DNA of 64,000 bases, taken from contig DATFRR010000010.1 in assembly GCA_035263025.1 (NCBI GenBank), positions 10,456 through 74,455 of the forward strand, written 5' to 3'. The position numbers were made by a program, and so were the translations under genes. Positions 19,786 to 31,300 of this stretch are shown here, piece after piece. The DNA is from Micromonosporaceae bacterium. GTDB lineage: Bacteria > Actinomycetota > Actinomycetes > Mycobacteriales > Micromonosporaceae. Below the pieces are notes generated by a model, which saw only the letters and a list, made by a program, of their open reading frames with translations, had not been told where the DNA came from and made no database searches. Every line of letters starts with the position of its first letter. Position 1 is the first letter of the stretch.

Positions 19786-20472
19786 ATGAAGCCGATATCA
19801 ACCCGTCCCGTTGCGCATCGCCGACCGAGCACGGCACCGACCCCGGCACGCGCGAAGAACGCTACGAACGAAGATCCGCGTGTCACGCACTCGTCACGGC
19901 GAGCCAGGCCGGGAGCCGCCCGAACGGTAGCCGTTCTCGTTGCCGCGACCGTCGTTTCCATCCTGGCGGTGGCATGCGGAGGTCCGTCTTCGACAGCGGC
20001 CGGCACGAATACATCAACCAACTCCGCATCCGGTGTCGGCTACTCCCGTTGCATGCGCGCCCATGGCGTGCCGAACTTCCCCGATCCTCCGCCTGGCAAC
20101 CCGGGTGCGATTGCCAAGGCAGACGCGGCGCAACTCGGGGTCAGCAGCACCCAGTTGCAGGCGGCGCAGCAGGCTTGCAGTGACCTGATCCCGGTCACCG
20201 GAGATACGGCGGAGCAGCAACAAGAAACCCAGTGCGCGATGGCCCGTGACTGTTCGCAAGCCGTGATTGCGCAGTGGATGAGTGGTCTGCGCACTCTTGC
20301 CCAGTGCTTGCGTACGCACGGCCTGCCCAACTGGCCCGATCCGGTGATTTCCCAAGGCATACCACACTTCCCGTACGACCAAGCCGGCATCGACCACCAT
20401 TCGCAGGCGGTCCTGGCCAAGGTCGACCAATGCATGACCATCACCGGGTTTGCCGGGCTCCCACTCCCATAA
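19786..20472 (+). CDS. Secreted lipoprotein with a duplicated C-x-R-x-HG-x-PN-(F/W)-PDP motif
   Basis: The lipobox is ILAVACG. The internal repeat is YSRCMRAHGVPNFPDPPP and LAQCLRTHGLPNWPDPVI. Confidence 0.7.
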   Translation: MKPISTRPVAHRRPSTAPTPARAKNATNEDPRVTHSSRRARPGAARTVAVLVAATVVSILAVACGGPSSTAAGTNTSTNSASGVGYSRCMRAHGVPNFPDPPPGNPGAIAKADAAQLGVSSTQLQAAQQACSDLIPVTGDTAEQQQETQCAMARDCSQAVIAQWMSGLRTLAQCLRTHGLPNWPDPVISQGIPHFPYDQAGIDHHSQAVLAKVDQCMTITGFAGLPLP

Positions 20473-20540
20473 CGAGTGCTCGCCAAGCAACGGCGACTGC
20501 CAGCACGACTGTCTCGCGGATTCTGCCGGGAGGAACTGCC

Positions 20541-21722
20541 ATGAGCGCCCAGATCACGTCGGCAACGAAAGGCGGCACGTCCGGAATCGTCGAGCCCGCT
20601 GCCGATGAACCTTCCGGTTGGCACCGGCGCCGTTGGCTGATCGCGGCGGCCGCGCTCGCGTTGCTCATGGCGGGTGTCGTCGCCGCATCCGCTGGCGTGT
20701 TCGACAATGCCAAGGCGGCAAGCGTGTCGAGCGACAGCGGAACGGCAACGACGCTCGTGACGGTCACACGCCGCTCGCTGTCGGCGCAGATGCAGCTCAA
20801 CGGCACACTCGGGTACGCAGGCAACTATCCGGTCCTGGGACAGATGCCCGGTACGGTGACCTGGCTGCCCGAACCCGGCCAGGTCATCGGCAACGGTCAG
20901 GTGTTGTACCGCGTGGACGACGTACCCGTGGTGCTGCTGTACGGGTCGACGCCGGCGTACCGCGTGCTCGCCGAAACCGCGACCGGCCTGCAGCTCGCCG
21001 GCAACGACGTGGCGCAACTGAACCGAGACCTTGTCGCGTTGGGGTACGTCGACCGAGCCGACGTGGAGTCGGACTGGAACACGTTTACCTGGGCTACGAG
21101 GGCCGGGGTCGGGCGGCTGCAACGGCATCTCGGCGTGACACAGTCCGGCAAGCTGTCGTTGGGGCAGGTGGTGTTCCTGCCGACGGCGGCCCGGATCACA
21201 GTGCTGCAGGCGAACCTGGGGGGTCCGGCCAGTGGGCCGGTGATGCGGGCAAGTTCGACGACGCGAGCCGTCAATGTGGCGCTGGACGCCGACCTGCAAT
21301 CCGAAATGAAGGTCGGCGACGAGGTCACCATCACACTGCCAAGTGGCAGAACCAGTCCGGGCCGGGTGACATCGGTGGGCAAGGTCGCCACCGTTCCGTC
21401 AAGCAATGCCGGCGGCAGCGAGAGTTCCCCGACGGTACCGGTGACGATCCAGCCGTCCGATCCGGCGGCCGCCGGGGGGTTGGACCGGGCGCCGGTGCTC
21501 GTGACGATCACGACAAGTACGGTGCACGACGCACTGACGGTGCCGGTGAACACCTTGCTCGCACGGGCCGACGGCGGCTACGCCATCGAGGTGGCCGACC
21601 CGGACGGGACGCGGCGTCTGGTGTCCGTGTCGCCGGGCCTGTTCGACGATGCGACCGGGCTGGTTGCGGTGACCGGGTCGGGTCTCGCCGCCGGGCAACA
21701 CGTCGTGGCGCCCGCATCATGA
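20541..21722 (+). CDS. Periplasmic-adaptor (HlyD/MFP-like) protein with an inserted peptidoglycan-binding domain
   Basis: It has an N-terminal TM. The PG_binding_1-like block is [18 protein letters not shown]...[26 protein letters not shown]. The C-terminal beta-barrel block is [21 protein letters not shown]. An RBS GGAGGA precedes ATG 20541. Confidence 0.8.
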   Translation: MSAQITSATKGGTSGIVEPAADEPSGWHRRRWLIAAAALALLMAGVVAASAGVFDNAKAASVSSDSGTATTLVTVTRRSLSAQMQLNGTLGYAGNYPVLGQMPGTVTWLPEPGQVIGNGQVLYRVDDVPVVLLYGSTPAYRVLAETATGLQLAGNDVAQLNRDLVALGYVDRADVESDWNTFTWATRAGVGRLQRHLGVTQSGKLSLGQVVFLPTAARITVLQANLGGPASGPVMRASSTTRAVNVALDADLQSEMKVGDEVTITLPSGRTSPGRVTSVGKVATVPSSNAGGSESSPTVPVTIQPSDPAAAGGLDRAPVLVTITTSTVHDALTVPVNTLLARADGGYAIEVADPDGTRRLVSVSPGLFDDATGLVAVTGSGLAAGQHVVAPAS

Positions 21723-22426
21723 ACACGGTGTTGCAGGTCGAGCGGCTGACCAAGACGTACCCCAGCCGGCCGCCGATCACCGCCCTGCGCGACGTGAACC
21801 TAACGGTCGCGCGGGGGGAGATGGTGGCGATCGTCGGCCCGTCGGGATCCGGCAAGACGACGCTGCTGCACATGCTTGGCGCGCTGGACCGTCCGTCGTC
21901 CGGCCGAGTATCCGTCACGGGGCTGGACATCGCACGATTGACCGACCGGCAACTCGCCGCGCTCCGCGCTACCCGCATCGGGTTCGTGTTCCAGCAGTTC
22001 TTCCTCGCCGAGCACGCCACCGTGCTCGACAACGTCGCCGACGGTCTGCTTTACGCCGGTGTGGGCATCAAACAACGCCGCACCCGGGCTGCTGAGGCGC
22101 TTGCCGCGGTTGGCCTGGATGGTCGACCGTACGCCAAACCGACGCAGCTCTCCGGCGGCCAGCGGCAGCGGGTAGCCATCGCCCGAGCGTTGGTCGGCCA
22201 ACGGACCATCGTGCTGGCCGATGAGCCGACCGGCAACTTGGACAGCGCCGCCGGCCAGACGCTGATCACGTTGCTCGAAGAGTTGAATGCGGCGGGTACG
22301 ACGATCGTGCTCGTCACCCACGACAGCGGCATCGCCGGCCGTCTCCCGCGCCGGATCGAGATGCTCGATGGCCGGATCGTGGCCGACACCGCCGATCAAG
22401 GCGCCTATCGCGGGAGTCTGGCATGA
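21719..22426 (+). CDS. ABC transporter ATP-binding protein (MacB/LolD type)
   Basis: Walker A is GPSGSGKTT, the signature is [15 protein letters not shown] and Walker B is [16 protein letters not shown] overlaps link it to both neighbours. Confidence 0.9.
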   Translation: MNTVLQVERLTKTYPSRPPITALRDVNLTVARGEMVAIVGPSGSGKTTLLHMLGALDRPSSGRVSVTGLDIARLTDRQLAALRATRIGFVFQQFFLAEHATVLDNVADGLLYAGVGIKQRRTRAAEALAAVGLDGRPYAKPTQLSGGQRQRVAIARALVGQRTIVLADEPTGNLDSAAGQTLITLLEELNAAGTTIVLVTHDSGIAGRLPRRIEMLDGRIVADTADQGAYRGSLA

Positions 22427-23637
22427 GCACGCTCGCGCCTTGCCGGCTGCGGCTCGCCGATCTGAGCCGACTGGCAATGATCGGGATACGTACCCGAAAA
22501 TTGCGTGCCGCCTTGTCCGCGCTCGGCATCGCCATCGGCGTCGCCGCCATCGTCGCCGTGCTCGGGTTGTCCGCCTCGTCCGAGGCCGGACTGCTGGCCG
22601 AAATCGACAAGCTCGGCACCAACATGCTCACCGTCACGAATGGGCAGAGCCTCGGCGGACAGACCGCCGAACTCCCGGTCGCCGCGCCCGGCATGATCTC
22701 CCGGATCGGGCCGGTCACCGCCGTGCAGTTCACGGGTACGGTCGGCGGCGCGAACGTCTACCGCAGCCCGCTGATTCCGAGCGTCAACTCCAACGCGCTG
22801 TTCGTCCAGGCAACGAGCCTCGGCCTCCCGGCGGTCGTCGGCACCTCGCTGGCGTACGGACGGTTCCTCAACTCGGCAACCGCACGCGAACCGGTCGCCG
22901 TGCTCGGCGCCGCTGCGGCCGCGCGACTCGGCATCGACCGGCTCTACCCCGGCGAGCGGATCCGAATCGGACAGACACCGATGATCGCCCAGTGGTTCTA
23001 CCTCGCCGGGATTCTGCGGCCCGCCCCGCTCGCGCCAGAAATCGACTCTGCCGTGCTGGTCGGCTTCCCCGCTGCGCACACCTATTTGCGGTTCGACGGC
23101 AACCCGTCCGAGATCTATCTGCGTACGGCAACCGACCACGTTGACGCCGTGCATGCCGTGCTCGCCGCAACGGCCAACCCCGAACACCCCAACCAGGTCA
23201 ACGTGTCGCAGCCATCCGACGCATTGGTGGCCCGTGCCGCGGCCGAATCCGCGCTCAACGGGCTGTTCCTTGGCTTGGGCGCCGTGTCCCTGCTGGTCGG
23301 CACCGTCGGCGTCGCCAACACGATGATCATCTCCGTGCTGGAACGACGGTCCGAAATCGGGCTGCGCCGCGCCCTTGGCGCAACCAGAGGTCATATCCGC
23401 CGCCAATTCCTGTTCGAAGCCATGCTGTTGGCCGCCCTCGGCGGTGCATTCGGCCTCGCCGCCGGAGCCGTCGCCACCGCTGTCTACGCCCACGCCAAGC
23501 ATTGGACCACCGTCATCCCTACCACCGCCTGGGCCGGCGGGCTCGCAGCCGCCGTGCTCATCGGCGCACTCGCGGGCCTGTTACCGGCGTTGCGGGCGGC
23601 ACGCATGTCACCCACCCAAGCGCTCTGGACTGTTTAG
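22423..23637 (+). CDS. ABC transporter permease, FtsX/MacB type
   Basis: An N-terminal TM is followed by a large extracytoplasmic domain and a C-terminal FtsX block [37 protein letters not shown]. Confidence 0.85.
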   Translation: MSTLAPCRLRLADLSRLAMIGIRTRKLRAALSALGIAIGVAAIVAVLGLSASSEAGLLAEIDKLGTNMLTVTNGQSLGGQTAELPVAAPGMISRIGPVTAVQFTGTVGGANVYRSPLIPSVNSNALFVQATSLGLPAVVGTSLAYGRFLNSATAREPVAVLGAAAAARLGIDRLYPGERIRIGQTPMIAQWFYLAGILRPAPLAPEIDSAVLVGFPAAHTYLRFDGNPSEIYLRTATDHVDAVHAVLAATANPEHPNQVNVSQPSDALVARAAAESALNGLFLGLGAVSLLVGTVGVANTMIISVLERRSEIGLRRALGATRGHIRRQFLFEAMLLAALGGAFGLAAGAVATAVYAHAKHWTTVIPTTAWAGGLAAAVLIGALAGLLPALRAARMSPTQALWTV

Positions 23638-23774
23638 CAATCGGCGGTGCCGGAACTGGGCCATAACGCTGTGAACGCGCTGAGTCTGTGGGGCAGGTTC
23701 GGGGTTTTCTCCGGATGGGCTGACCGACTCGGATCGAGCACACTGACGCTGCCCGCTCACACAAGGGATGCAGG

Positions 23775-24242
23775 ATGGTTGCACCGCTGGAAACCCGTTC
23801 GGGCGACTCGCTCGGCGCCCGACGGTGGCAGGTGCACCTCGGCCTGATCGTCTCGTTCGGCGTCGCGCTGTTGTTCGTGATCGTTCACATGAGCGTAGAT
23901 GTGCATGTTCTCGCCGGAGCGTGCTTCGCCGTGCTTGTTGGCGCGCACCTCGCGCAGCGCCGACGCACGGTGCGTACGCTCGCCGGCAGCCTCGTCGAGA
24001 CGCCGTTCTGGCGGACGCCACGAGGGCGGATGGCGCTGTCCGACGGGGTGCTGGCGTTCCTGGCTGTCAACGTCGTTCTGTCCGGCATCGTGGACTGGGC
24101 GTCACCACAGCCGGTGATGGTGCCGCTGCCCGGCCTGCGGTCGTTGAATTGGCACACCACCACGAGCGTGCTGCTGCTGGCGTACCTCGTCGTGCACATC
24201 ACACGACGCCGAGCCCGGCTGCGCCACTCCCGCATTCGCTAG
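23775..24242 (+). CDS. Hypothetical 4-TM membrane protein
   Basis: Four hydrophobic segments are separated by His- or Arg-rich loops. I recognise no family motif. It lies directly upstream of the ferric-reductase gene. Confidence 0.45.
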   Translation: MVAPLETRSGDSLGARRWQVHLGLIVSFGVALLFVIVHMSVDVHVLAGACFAVLVGAHLAQRRRTVRTLAGSLVETPFWRTPRGRMALSDGVLAFLAVNVVLSGIVDWASPQPVMVPLPGLRSLNWHTTTSVLLLAYLVVHITRRRARLRHSRIR

Positions 24243-24415
24243 CCCGCCCACCGCCCGGCCGAGTTGTGCTGATCTTGTGTGGAGTCCGTGGTGCCGTGGC
24301 TTGGCCACCGGCTTCCTCGCAGCGCGGTCTTAGAGCTGTTTGAGAATCGTCCGTCATAGTCGACGAGGCAGCGACCAGCCAATTCACTAGGCAGACTCGG
24401 GGTGGTGACCACCGG

Positions 24416-25819
24416 ATGAGCACAGCGACGCAGCGAACCGTGCGTCTGCCGCCGCCGGTGCCGGCACCGAATCCGGCCGACTGGCAGCGCCGTTTGCGTC
24501 TGGTGTTGGCCGCTGCCGCGTGCGGCAGCGTCTTCATGGTGTTCCTGCTGTGGGTGCATGGCGGCGGCGTCCGGGCACTGACAACCGGTGGGGCGGGCGC
24601 TGTGACGTCGGCGGGTCGGTTGGCCGGTCTCGTCGGCGCCGATCTGTTGATCATTCAGGTTCTGTTGATGGCGCGTATCCCGTGGGTGGAACGGGTCTGC
24701 GGGCAGGATCAACTGGCTCGGTGGCATCGCATCACCGGGTTCACGTCGTTCAACCTTGTGCTGTTGCACATCGTCCTTGTGACGTTCGGATATGCGGGCT
24801 CCGACCGGTCCGGTGTGGTGGTGGAGGCGTGGCGGCTGATCACCACGTACCCGGGAATGTTGCTGGCCGCCGCCGGGACCGTTGCGCTGATCATCGTGAC
24901 GGTGACGTCGGTACGCGTGGCCAGGCGTCGGCTGCGGTACGAGTCGTGGCACCTGCTGCACCTCTACGCGTATCTCGGCATTGGTCTTGCTCTGCCGCAC
25001 CAGATCTGGACGGGTCAGGACTTCGTGCTCACCGCCCCGGCGCGGTTGTACTGGTGGACGCTCTACATCGCGACCGCCGGCAGCATCCTGGTATTTCGGG
25101 TCGGCATGCCGCTCTACCGCAGCTTGCGCCACGACCTGCGAATCGCCGCGGTCGTCCCGGAAACCGATGGCGTCACGTCGGTCTACCTGTCCGGTCGCGA
25201 TCTGGACCGGCTGCCGGTGCAGTCCGGCCAGTTCTTCAACTGGCGATTCCTCAGCGGCACGGGCTGGATGCGCGCCCACCCGTATTCACTGTCGGCGGCT
25301 CCGCGGCCGGACGGATTTCGGATCACCATCAAGCACCTCGGCGATGGCAGTTCGCAGGTGCCCGCACTACGCGTCGGCGCTCGAGTGCTGCTCGAGGGGC
25401 CGTACGGCCGACTGACCGGCCTCCGCCGCCAGCGCCACCGTCTCACGTTCATCGCGTGCGGCATCGGCATCACCCCGATGCGTGCGCTGATCGAAACCGA
25501 GTACTACCGGCCGGGTGACGCCGTGCTCATATATCGGGCCCGTACGCCATCCGATTTCACCTTCTACCAGGAGATCGAGGCGATAGCTCAAGCACGTGGC
25601 GTCGCCACGATCTACCTCCCGGGGCCGCGTGGACCGGCGCAGTGGCTGCCGGTCGGATGCCGCGACGGTGCGTCGACACTGCGGCAGATGGTTCCGCACA
25701 TCGGCGACAGCGACGTCTACGTCTGCGGGCCGGAGCCGTGGATGGACGCCGTCATCGATTCACTCGACCGGGTCGGCGTGCCGATCGCGCAGATCCACCT
25801 CGAACGATTCGCCTGGTAG
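24416..25819 (+). CDS. Ferric-reductase-like (NOX/FRE-type) transmembrane flavocytochrome: TM heme domain + FAD + NAD(P)H domains
   Basis: Six TM segments carry paired His residues (HRITGF...LLHIVL; WHLLHLYAYLGIGLALPH). The FAD block is HPYSLS and the NAD block is FIACGIGITPM...VYVCGP. Confidence 0.85.
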   Translation: MSTATQRTVRLPPPVPAPNPADWQRRLRLVLAAAACGSVFMVFLLWVHGGGVRALTTGGAGAVTSAGRLAGLVGADLLIIQVLLMARIPWVERVCGQDQLARWHRITGFTSFNLVLLHIVLVTFGYAGSDRSGVVVEAWRLITTYPGMLLAAAGTVALIIVTVTSVRVARRRLRYESWHLLHLYAYLGIGLALPHQIWTGQDFVLTAPARLYWWTLYIATAGSILVFRVGMPLYRSLRHDLRIAAVVPETDGVTSVYLSGRDLDRLPVQSGQFFNWRFLSGTGWMRAHPYSLSAAPRPDGFRITIKHLGDGSSQVPALRVGARVLLEGPYGRLTGLRRQRHRLTFIACGIGITPMRALIETEYYRPGDAVLIYRARTPSDFTFYQEIEAIAQARGVATIYLPGPRGPAQWLPVGCRDGASTLRQMVPHIGDSDVYVCGPEPWMDAVIDSLDRVGVPIAQIHLERFAW

Positions 25820-25837
25820 CCAAGGAGCCGAACCGAC

Positions 25838-26335
25838 ATGCGGCGCATCGCGTACTGGATGGTCTCGACGGCCGTGCTGCTCGTCCTCCTGTTCACCTAC
25901 CGGACGAGCCTGTCCGGTCCGACGTCGGCGCAGATCGCCGCCGGCGGCACCCAAGCACCCGGTGTGGTCACGCCCACCAACCCACCGTCCGCGGATCCGA
26001 GGACTGGGGCGTCAAGCGCGTCCCCGCACGCGAGCGCCACGCATCCGTCGTCTGGTGTGACGGCAAACGGCGCCGTGATCGACACCGTATGGGGACCGGT
26101 CCAGGTGCAGGTCAGCATCTCCGGTGGCAAGATCACCGACGTCCAGACGCTGATCTACCCGACCGGTACGAGTCGGGACGAGGAGATCAACTCGTACGCG
26201 CTGCCGATTCTGCGTCGCGAGACCTTGACGGCCCAAAGCGCCAACATTTCGACGGTCAGCGGCGCAACGTACACCAGCGACGGCTACCGTCAGTCCCTGC
26301 AAGCAGCGCTCGACGCCGCCCACTTCGGCGGGTGA
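25838..26335 (+). CDS. FMN-binding domain protein (extracytoplasmic, membrane-anchored)
   Basis: It has an N-terminal anchor and a Pro/Ser linker. The FMN_bind block is WGPVQVQVSISGGKITDV...INSYALPIL...ISTVSGATYTSDGY, which contains the (S/T)GAT flavinylation motif. Confidence 0.8.
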   Translation: MRRIAYWMVSTAVLLVLLFTYRTSLSGPTSAQIAAGGTQAPGVVTPTNPPSADPRTGASSASPHASATHPSSGVTANGAVIDTVWGPVQVQVSISGGKITDVQTLIYPTGTSRDEEINSYALPILRRETLTAQSANISTVSGATYTSDGYRQSLQAALDAAHFGG

Positions 26336-26354
26336 CCGCAGCCAGTGAGCCCAC

Positions 26355-27038
26355 GTGACCGAACTGATTGACGAGGCACTCCGTCCCGACTTGCTCATCG
26401 TCGAGGACGATGGCGAGTTGCGCGACATGCTGGCTCGGCTGCTCGACGAAGCCGGGTACCGCAGCGACGGTGTCGGCGACGGCCATCGCGGTCTACACCA
26501 GGCGCTCACCCGTCCGTACGCTGGCATGATCATCGACCGTGGCCTGCCAGCGGTCGACGGCCTTGACCTCATCCGGCGGCTTCGCGGCCGCGGCATCGAC
26601 GCTCCGATCCTGATTCTCACCGCTTACGGTGCCGTCTCGGACACCGTCGCCGGCCTGGACGCCGGCGCGGACGACTACCTCGTGAAGCCGTTCGAGATCG
26701 ACGAGCTGCTTGCGCGGGTGCGGGCGATGATGCGTCGCCACCACGCGAGCGATCTCGTGATCTCGATCGGCGCCGGAAAGCTGAACGTCGCGACGCGCAC
26801 CGCGTGGCGAGCCGACGGTCGGGAGGTTGAACTGTCCGGTCGCGAAGCGACGCTGTTGCAAGTCCTGATAAAGCAACCGGGCCGCGTGCACAGCCGCGAC
26901 GAGCTGCGTACACGCGTGTTCCGTGGTACGGAATCCGCTTCCATTGTGGACACTTACGTGCACTACCTGCGACGCAAACTTGGCTCCAAGGTGATCGAGA
27001 CCGTGCGCGGCATCGGTTACCGGATCGGTGAGATGTGA
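26355..27038 (+). CDS. OmpR/PhoB-family response regulator
   Basis: The sequence reads LLIVEDDGEL...MIIDRGLP...LILTA...GADDYLVKPF, then IETVRGIGYRIG. A GTGA overlap links it to the kinase gene. Confidence 0.9.
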   Translation: MTELIDEALRPDLLIVEDDGELRDMLARLLDEAGYRSDGVGDGHRGLHQALTRPYAGMIIDRGLPAVDGLDLIRRLRGRGIDAPILILTAYGAVSDTVAGLDAGADDYLVKPFEIDELLARVRAMMRRHHASDLVISIGAGKLNVATRTAWRADGREVELSGREATLLQVLIKQPGRVHSRDELRTRVFRGTESASIVDTYVHYLRRKLGSKVIETVRGIGYRIGEM

Positions 27039-28294
27039 GCCGTGGCGCCGCGCGCCGCGGCAATGCCACCCCAGAACAAGCGCTGTTGCGACGCGTCGCG
27101 TGGCGGATCACCATTCAGACGGCTGCGATGTTCATCGCCGGACTGGTTGCGTTGGGCGCGCTTGCGGTCGTCTTGATCGATCGCGCGCAAAGCGCCGACA
27201 ATCAGCGCGCACTGCGCGAAGCAATCGCCGACGTGGACGCGGTCAGCGATCCACCGACCAACATCGTGGTGTACGAGGTCGACGGGTTGGGCCGCCACAC
27301 GTCGCCACAGCTGCACGGTCGTGCCCTCGACCCAGGAGCGGTCGATCGCGTCCAGAGCGGGGCCGCCGCGCTGACGACTAACGTTCGCTTCAACGGCCGT
27401 ACGTACCTGGTGCGCACCGCGCGGCGTGGCGCCGCCACCGTCCAAGCAGGGCTCGATCTGACCAACCAAATGGGGCAGCGCCGCCGGGTCCTCGGCAGCC
27501 TGGCCGCCGTGGCCGTTGTCGGGATCGGGCTCGCTCTGCTGATCGGCCGGATCATTGCGTTGCGTGCCATTCGGCCGCTCGGCGACGCTATCGCCCGGCA
27601 ACAGCGATTCGTCGCGGACGCTAGTCACGAGCTACGAACGCCACTGACGCAACTGCATACCCGCGCCCAGATGATCGAGCGTGACCTCGACCCGGAGCAA
27701 CAGCCGAACGTGGCCGCGGACGCCGCTCGCTTGGTTCGCAGCACCCGCCAGATGAGCGACATCCTCGACGACCTACTGGCCTCGGCCCAGCTTCAAGCGC
27801 ACCGGCCCGACCTCGAACACATTGATCTCGCGCAGATCGCGGCCGAGGTCGTCGACGCCGACCGCGACCGGGCTGCCGCGCAACAGATCGAACTGACAAC
27901 CGCCAAGGACGGCGGCCCGCACACCGTTATCGGTTCACCAACCGCATTGCACCGTGTGCTGGGCGCCCTTCTCGACAACGCCGTGGGGCACACCGCCTCC
28001 GGTGGTCACGTCGCCGTCAACGTCGAAACCCCGGATCCCAAACAGGTCGTCTGCACCGTCCGCGACGACGGCACTGGCTTCGACGCAGCCACCGCACGGA
28101 CCATGTTCGACCGATTCGGGCGTGGTGCGCACGGCGGTGGCCGAAGATACGGGCTCGGACTCGCCCTTGCCCGCGAAATCGTCGCGGCCCACCGCGGAAC
28201 CATCACCGCCAGCAGTACGCCCGGCAAAGGCGCTACCTTCACCGTCACGCTTCCCGCGGCTAGCAACCAGGATCGAACCGAGGCCGCCTCCTGA
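27035..28294 (+). CDS. Sensor histidine kinase
   Basis: It has two TM segments. The H-box is ASHELRTPLTQL, the N-box is LLDNAVGHT and the G-boxes are DDGTGF and GLGLALAREIV. Confidence 0.85.
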   Translation: MSRGAARRGNATPEQALLRRVAWRITIQTAAMFIAGLVALGALAVVLIDRAQSADNQRALREAIADVDAVSDPPTNIVVYEVDGLGRHTSPQLHGRALDPGAVDRVQSGAAALTTNVRFNGRTYLVRTARRGAATVQAGLDLTNQMGQRRRVLGSLAAVAVVGIGLALLIGRIIALRAIRPLGDAIARQQRFVADASHELRTPLTQLHTRAQMIERDLDPEQQPNVAADAARLVRSTRQMSDILDDLLASAQLQAHRPDLEHIDLAQIAAEVVDADRDRAAAQQIELTTAKDGGPHTVIGSPTALHRVLGALLDNAVGHTASGGHVAVNVETPDPKQVVCTVRDDGTGFDAATARTMFDRFGRGAHGGGRRYGLGLALAREIVAAHRGTITASSTPGKGATFTVTLPAASNQDRTEAAS

Positions 28295-28338
28295 TCGCTG
28301 CGCGTGCCGGAGACCGTTCACCGAGCCGTATCTGGGCG

Positions 28339-31300
28339 CTACGGCATGGCAACGCCCTTGAGTACGACCGGGGAGTGTTGCGTGTAGTCGAGTTCGTCGG
28401 ATTGCAGCACTCCGGACGGCACTACCGTGTCCATCACCTTCGGCACCAGGTTGGGATCGAAGGTGCAGTGCGGGTCCGCGCTCGACGCGGCACACTCGCC
28501 AAAGTTGAACGGCTGCGGAGTCGCGGCGAACGTACGGGCCTGATCCGCGCTGAAGCCGTCCTGGCCGGTGAGCGTGACCGTGAACGCCCAGCCGGACGTT
28601 GGCGTGCCGCCAAGCGCCGCCTTGTCCACGGCGAAGGTGATGTAGCGCGAGATCGCGTTCGCGCTGATCGCTACCGTACCCACGGTGTTGGTGTTCGCGT
28701 CGATGAAACGTTGTCCAAAGCCTTGCACTTCGATGAGCCGGCTCCACGCGTCGGCGGGATCGATCTGGTAGTTACGTTGCGCCGGCTCCGGGTTGAGCGC
28801 GTCGAATGACGGATCGGTCGACGTCGGCGACGCGCCGGGCTCGTGGACGTACACGTCGACGAGTTGGGCGCCCTCCGGGCTGCCGAAGGTCGGCGAGAGG
28901 TCACGGGTCTGCACCCGGAACGTCACGGTAGAGCCGGTGTCGTAGACCTGGAAGTCGGTCAGATCGAACGCACCCGCGTGGAAGTCGGACGCGGTCGGGT
29001 ACGCATAGTTGCCCGGACCGTTGTCGTCGCCCGTCGGGTCGGTCTGGTCGAACAGCAGCGTGCCATTGACGACGTCACTGACGACGCTGCGTACGACCTG
29101 TGCCGTACCGCCGTCGGCTGCGGTACTGGTAATCACCAGCACGTTGTTGCCGGCCGCCGGCGGGATGGTCACCGCGAACGAACCGTCCTCTGCGGCGGTG
29201 GTAGTGACGTGCGTGGTCGCGCTGTTCTGGTCGGTAGCCACGTCGGCCACGTCGATCGTCGCACCGGCCGCGGCAGTGCCGGCGACGTCGATCGGGCTCG
29301 TCGCTGCTGTCTGGTCAGCGGGTGAGGTCACCGTCAACGGCGTCGCGCCCTGCGTGTGGGTCACGTAACGCTGCACGGTCTGCGTCGGCTTCTCCAGCAC
29401 GCGTCCGGCGGTGAGGTCGGCGGTGAGCCGGACCTGTGATCCGGCACCCCAGGTAAGTGGGGCAGCCGAGCCGTCCGGGTGGCCGTTGCGCAACCCGATA
29501 GAGGCAACGGCCGGATCGGTGCCGTACGGCGATGCCAGCACATCCGTGGTGTCCCATACCTGTTCGGGTACGAGGCCGACGCCCGAGGACATCGTATCGA
29601 TCGCCGCGAGAAGCTGGCCGGCCGAGGCCGCCTGCCCCGTGGCTAGGTCCTGCTCGCCACGTTCGGCTGATAGCACCGGCCAGATGTGCCCGGTGCCCTT
29701 TCCGGTTGGCGGCCACGGCGCGCCCTGCACGGAGCAGTCGTTTCCGGAGGCGACGTCGCAGTCGCCGTACCCGTCGCCGTTGTAGCGCAACCAGCCCGTG
29801 CCGCTTGGCGTCTGCTTCTCGATCGTCGCGTCGACCACTTTGAGGGAGTTCGCGACGTCCGGGTCGGCCGCCGACAGCTCACCGAGGCGTACGAGTTCCT
29901 GGAACCCGGCGTCGATCACCTGGCGTTGGTCGAGCGTCGGTCCACCGTTGCCGACGTTGTAGGAGATCGCGGCGTTGGGATCGCCGGTCTTTGAGAGCCG
30001 GATGAAGTACGGGTCGCTGGACAGCGGGCCGTTCGTGGTGACCGTCCAGCCTTTGATGCTGCGCTGGTATTGGTCGGCGGTGGCCAGCCACACCCGGGCA
30101 TCGACCGTATCGCCGTGCTGCTGGGCGATCGTCCCAGCGGCCACCAACCCGGCGATTTCGGCCGCGATCGTCGAAGGCGAGTAGCCGCTCTGCTCCTCCC
30201 ACCGTTCTGGGCCGAAGCTGGGGCCGTGGCTGATGAGGTAGTCGGCGGCGGCCTGGATATGCGGCCACAGGACGGTGTCGTGGCCCAGCCCTGATTGCAG
30301 CGCCATCAGGATCGGGTACGCAACCTCGTCGAGCTGGGTGTTGAAACTGTCCGGGGCGGTCTTGCCGTTGACCAGTGAGTTGCGCGGCATGGAACCGTCC
30401 GCGAGTTGCTGTCGCAGGAACAGGAACCGGGTGGCATCTCGCGCCGTGGCGAGGTCGCCGTCGGTAAGAAGGCCGGTCCACGCCTCGTAGAGGTCGCGGG
30501 AGAACACCTCGCGGTAGGAGCCGAAATACGTATTGTTCGGGTCGCCGGCGCTCACCGACTGCCCCCACGGTGAAGCGAGAGATGCCACGATCGCGCCAGC
30601 GAACGTCTTGTCCTCACTGGCCTTCAGCACGTTGGCCGAGACGTAGTAGTCGCGGACCGCGGCGGCTTGCTGCGCCGCGGTCAGACCCGCCAGCGCACTC
30701 GACGGCGGCCGGAGCGCGCCGTCGTAGCTCAGCCACCCCGAGCGGTACTTGCCCACCAGCGAAGCGAACGGCTTGCTGACGGTGGCGCCAGCGGTCGCCA
30801 CCGCGGCGGCCTGCGTCGTACCGAAGCCGAGAGCGAGCGTCGTCGCACCGTGCTTGTCGAGCGTGAGCCGGGCGGTTTGCTCGACGTTGCCTCCGACAGC
30901 CTCGGTGTAGGACGGGTCAACGCCGTGCTTCGCGTCGAGTTCGGTGAGCCCGTCGCTCGCCGTACCAACGAAACCGGAGCTTGCGGCCGTGAACGGCGGG
31001 CTGGCCCGCAGTGCGAGGAACGACGGCACCGCGTAATCACGGTTGGCCGCGTTCGTCTGGGTGTTCGTGTCGTACGAGACAGGGACGGGCGAGCCGGTCG
31101 TGGTATCGATCGTCGCGGAGTCCGCACCACCGTTGCCGGCACCGCCGCCGCCGTTGCCGCCGACCGTGGCGTCAAGGCGTACGTAGAGCCGGAAGCGCGA
31201 GGCCGCGGCGGTAAGCGGCTTGTACTCGGTGTGAACCACGACGCTGTCGCGGCCCGGATCAGTCAGGTAGGTGCTCGTGAGTTGGTAGGCGCCGGACCTC

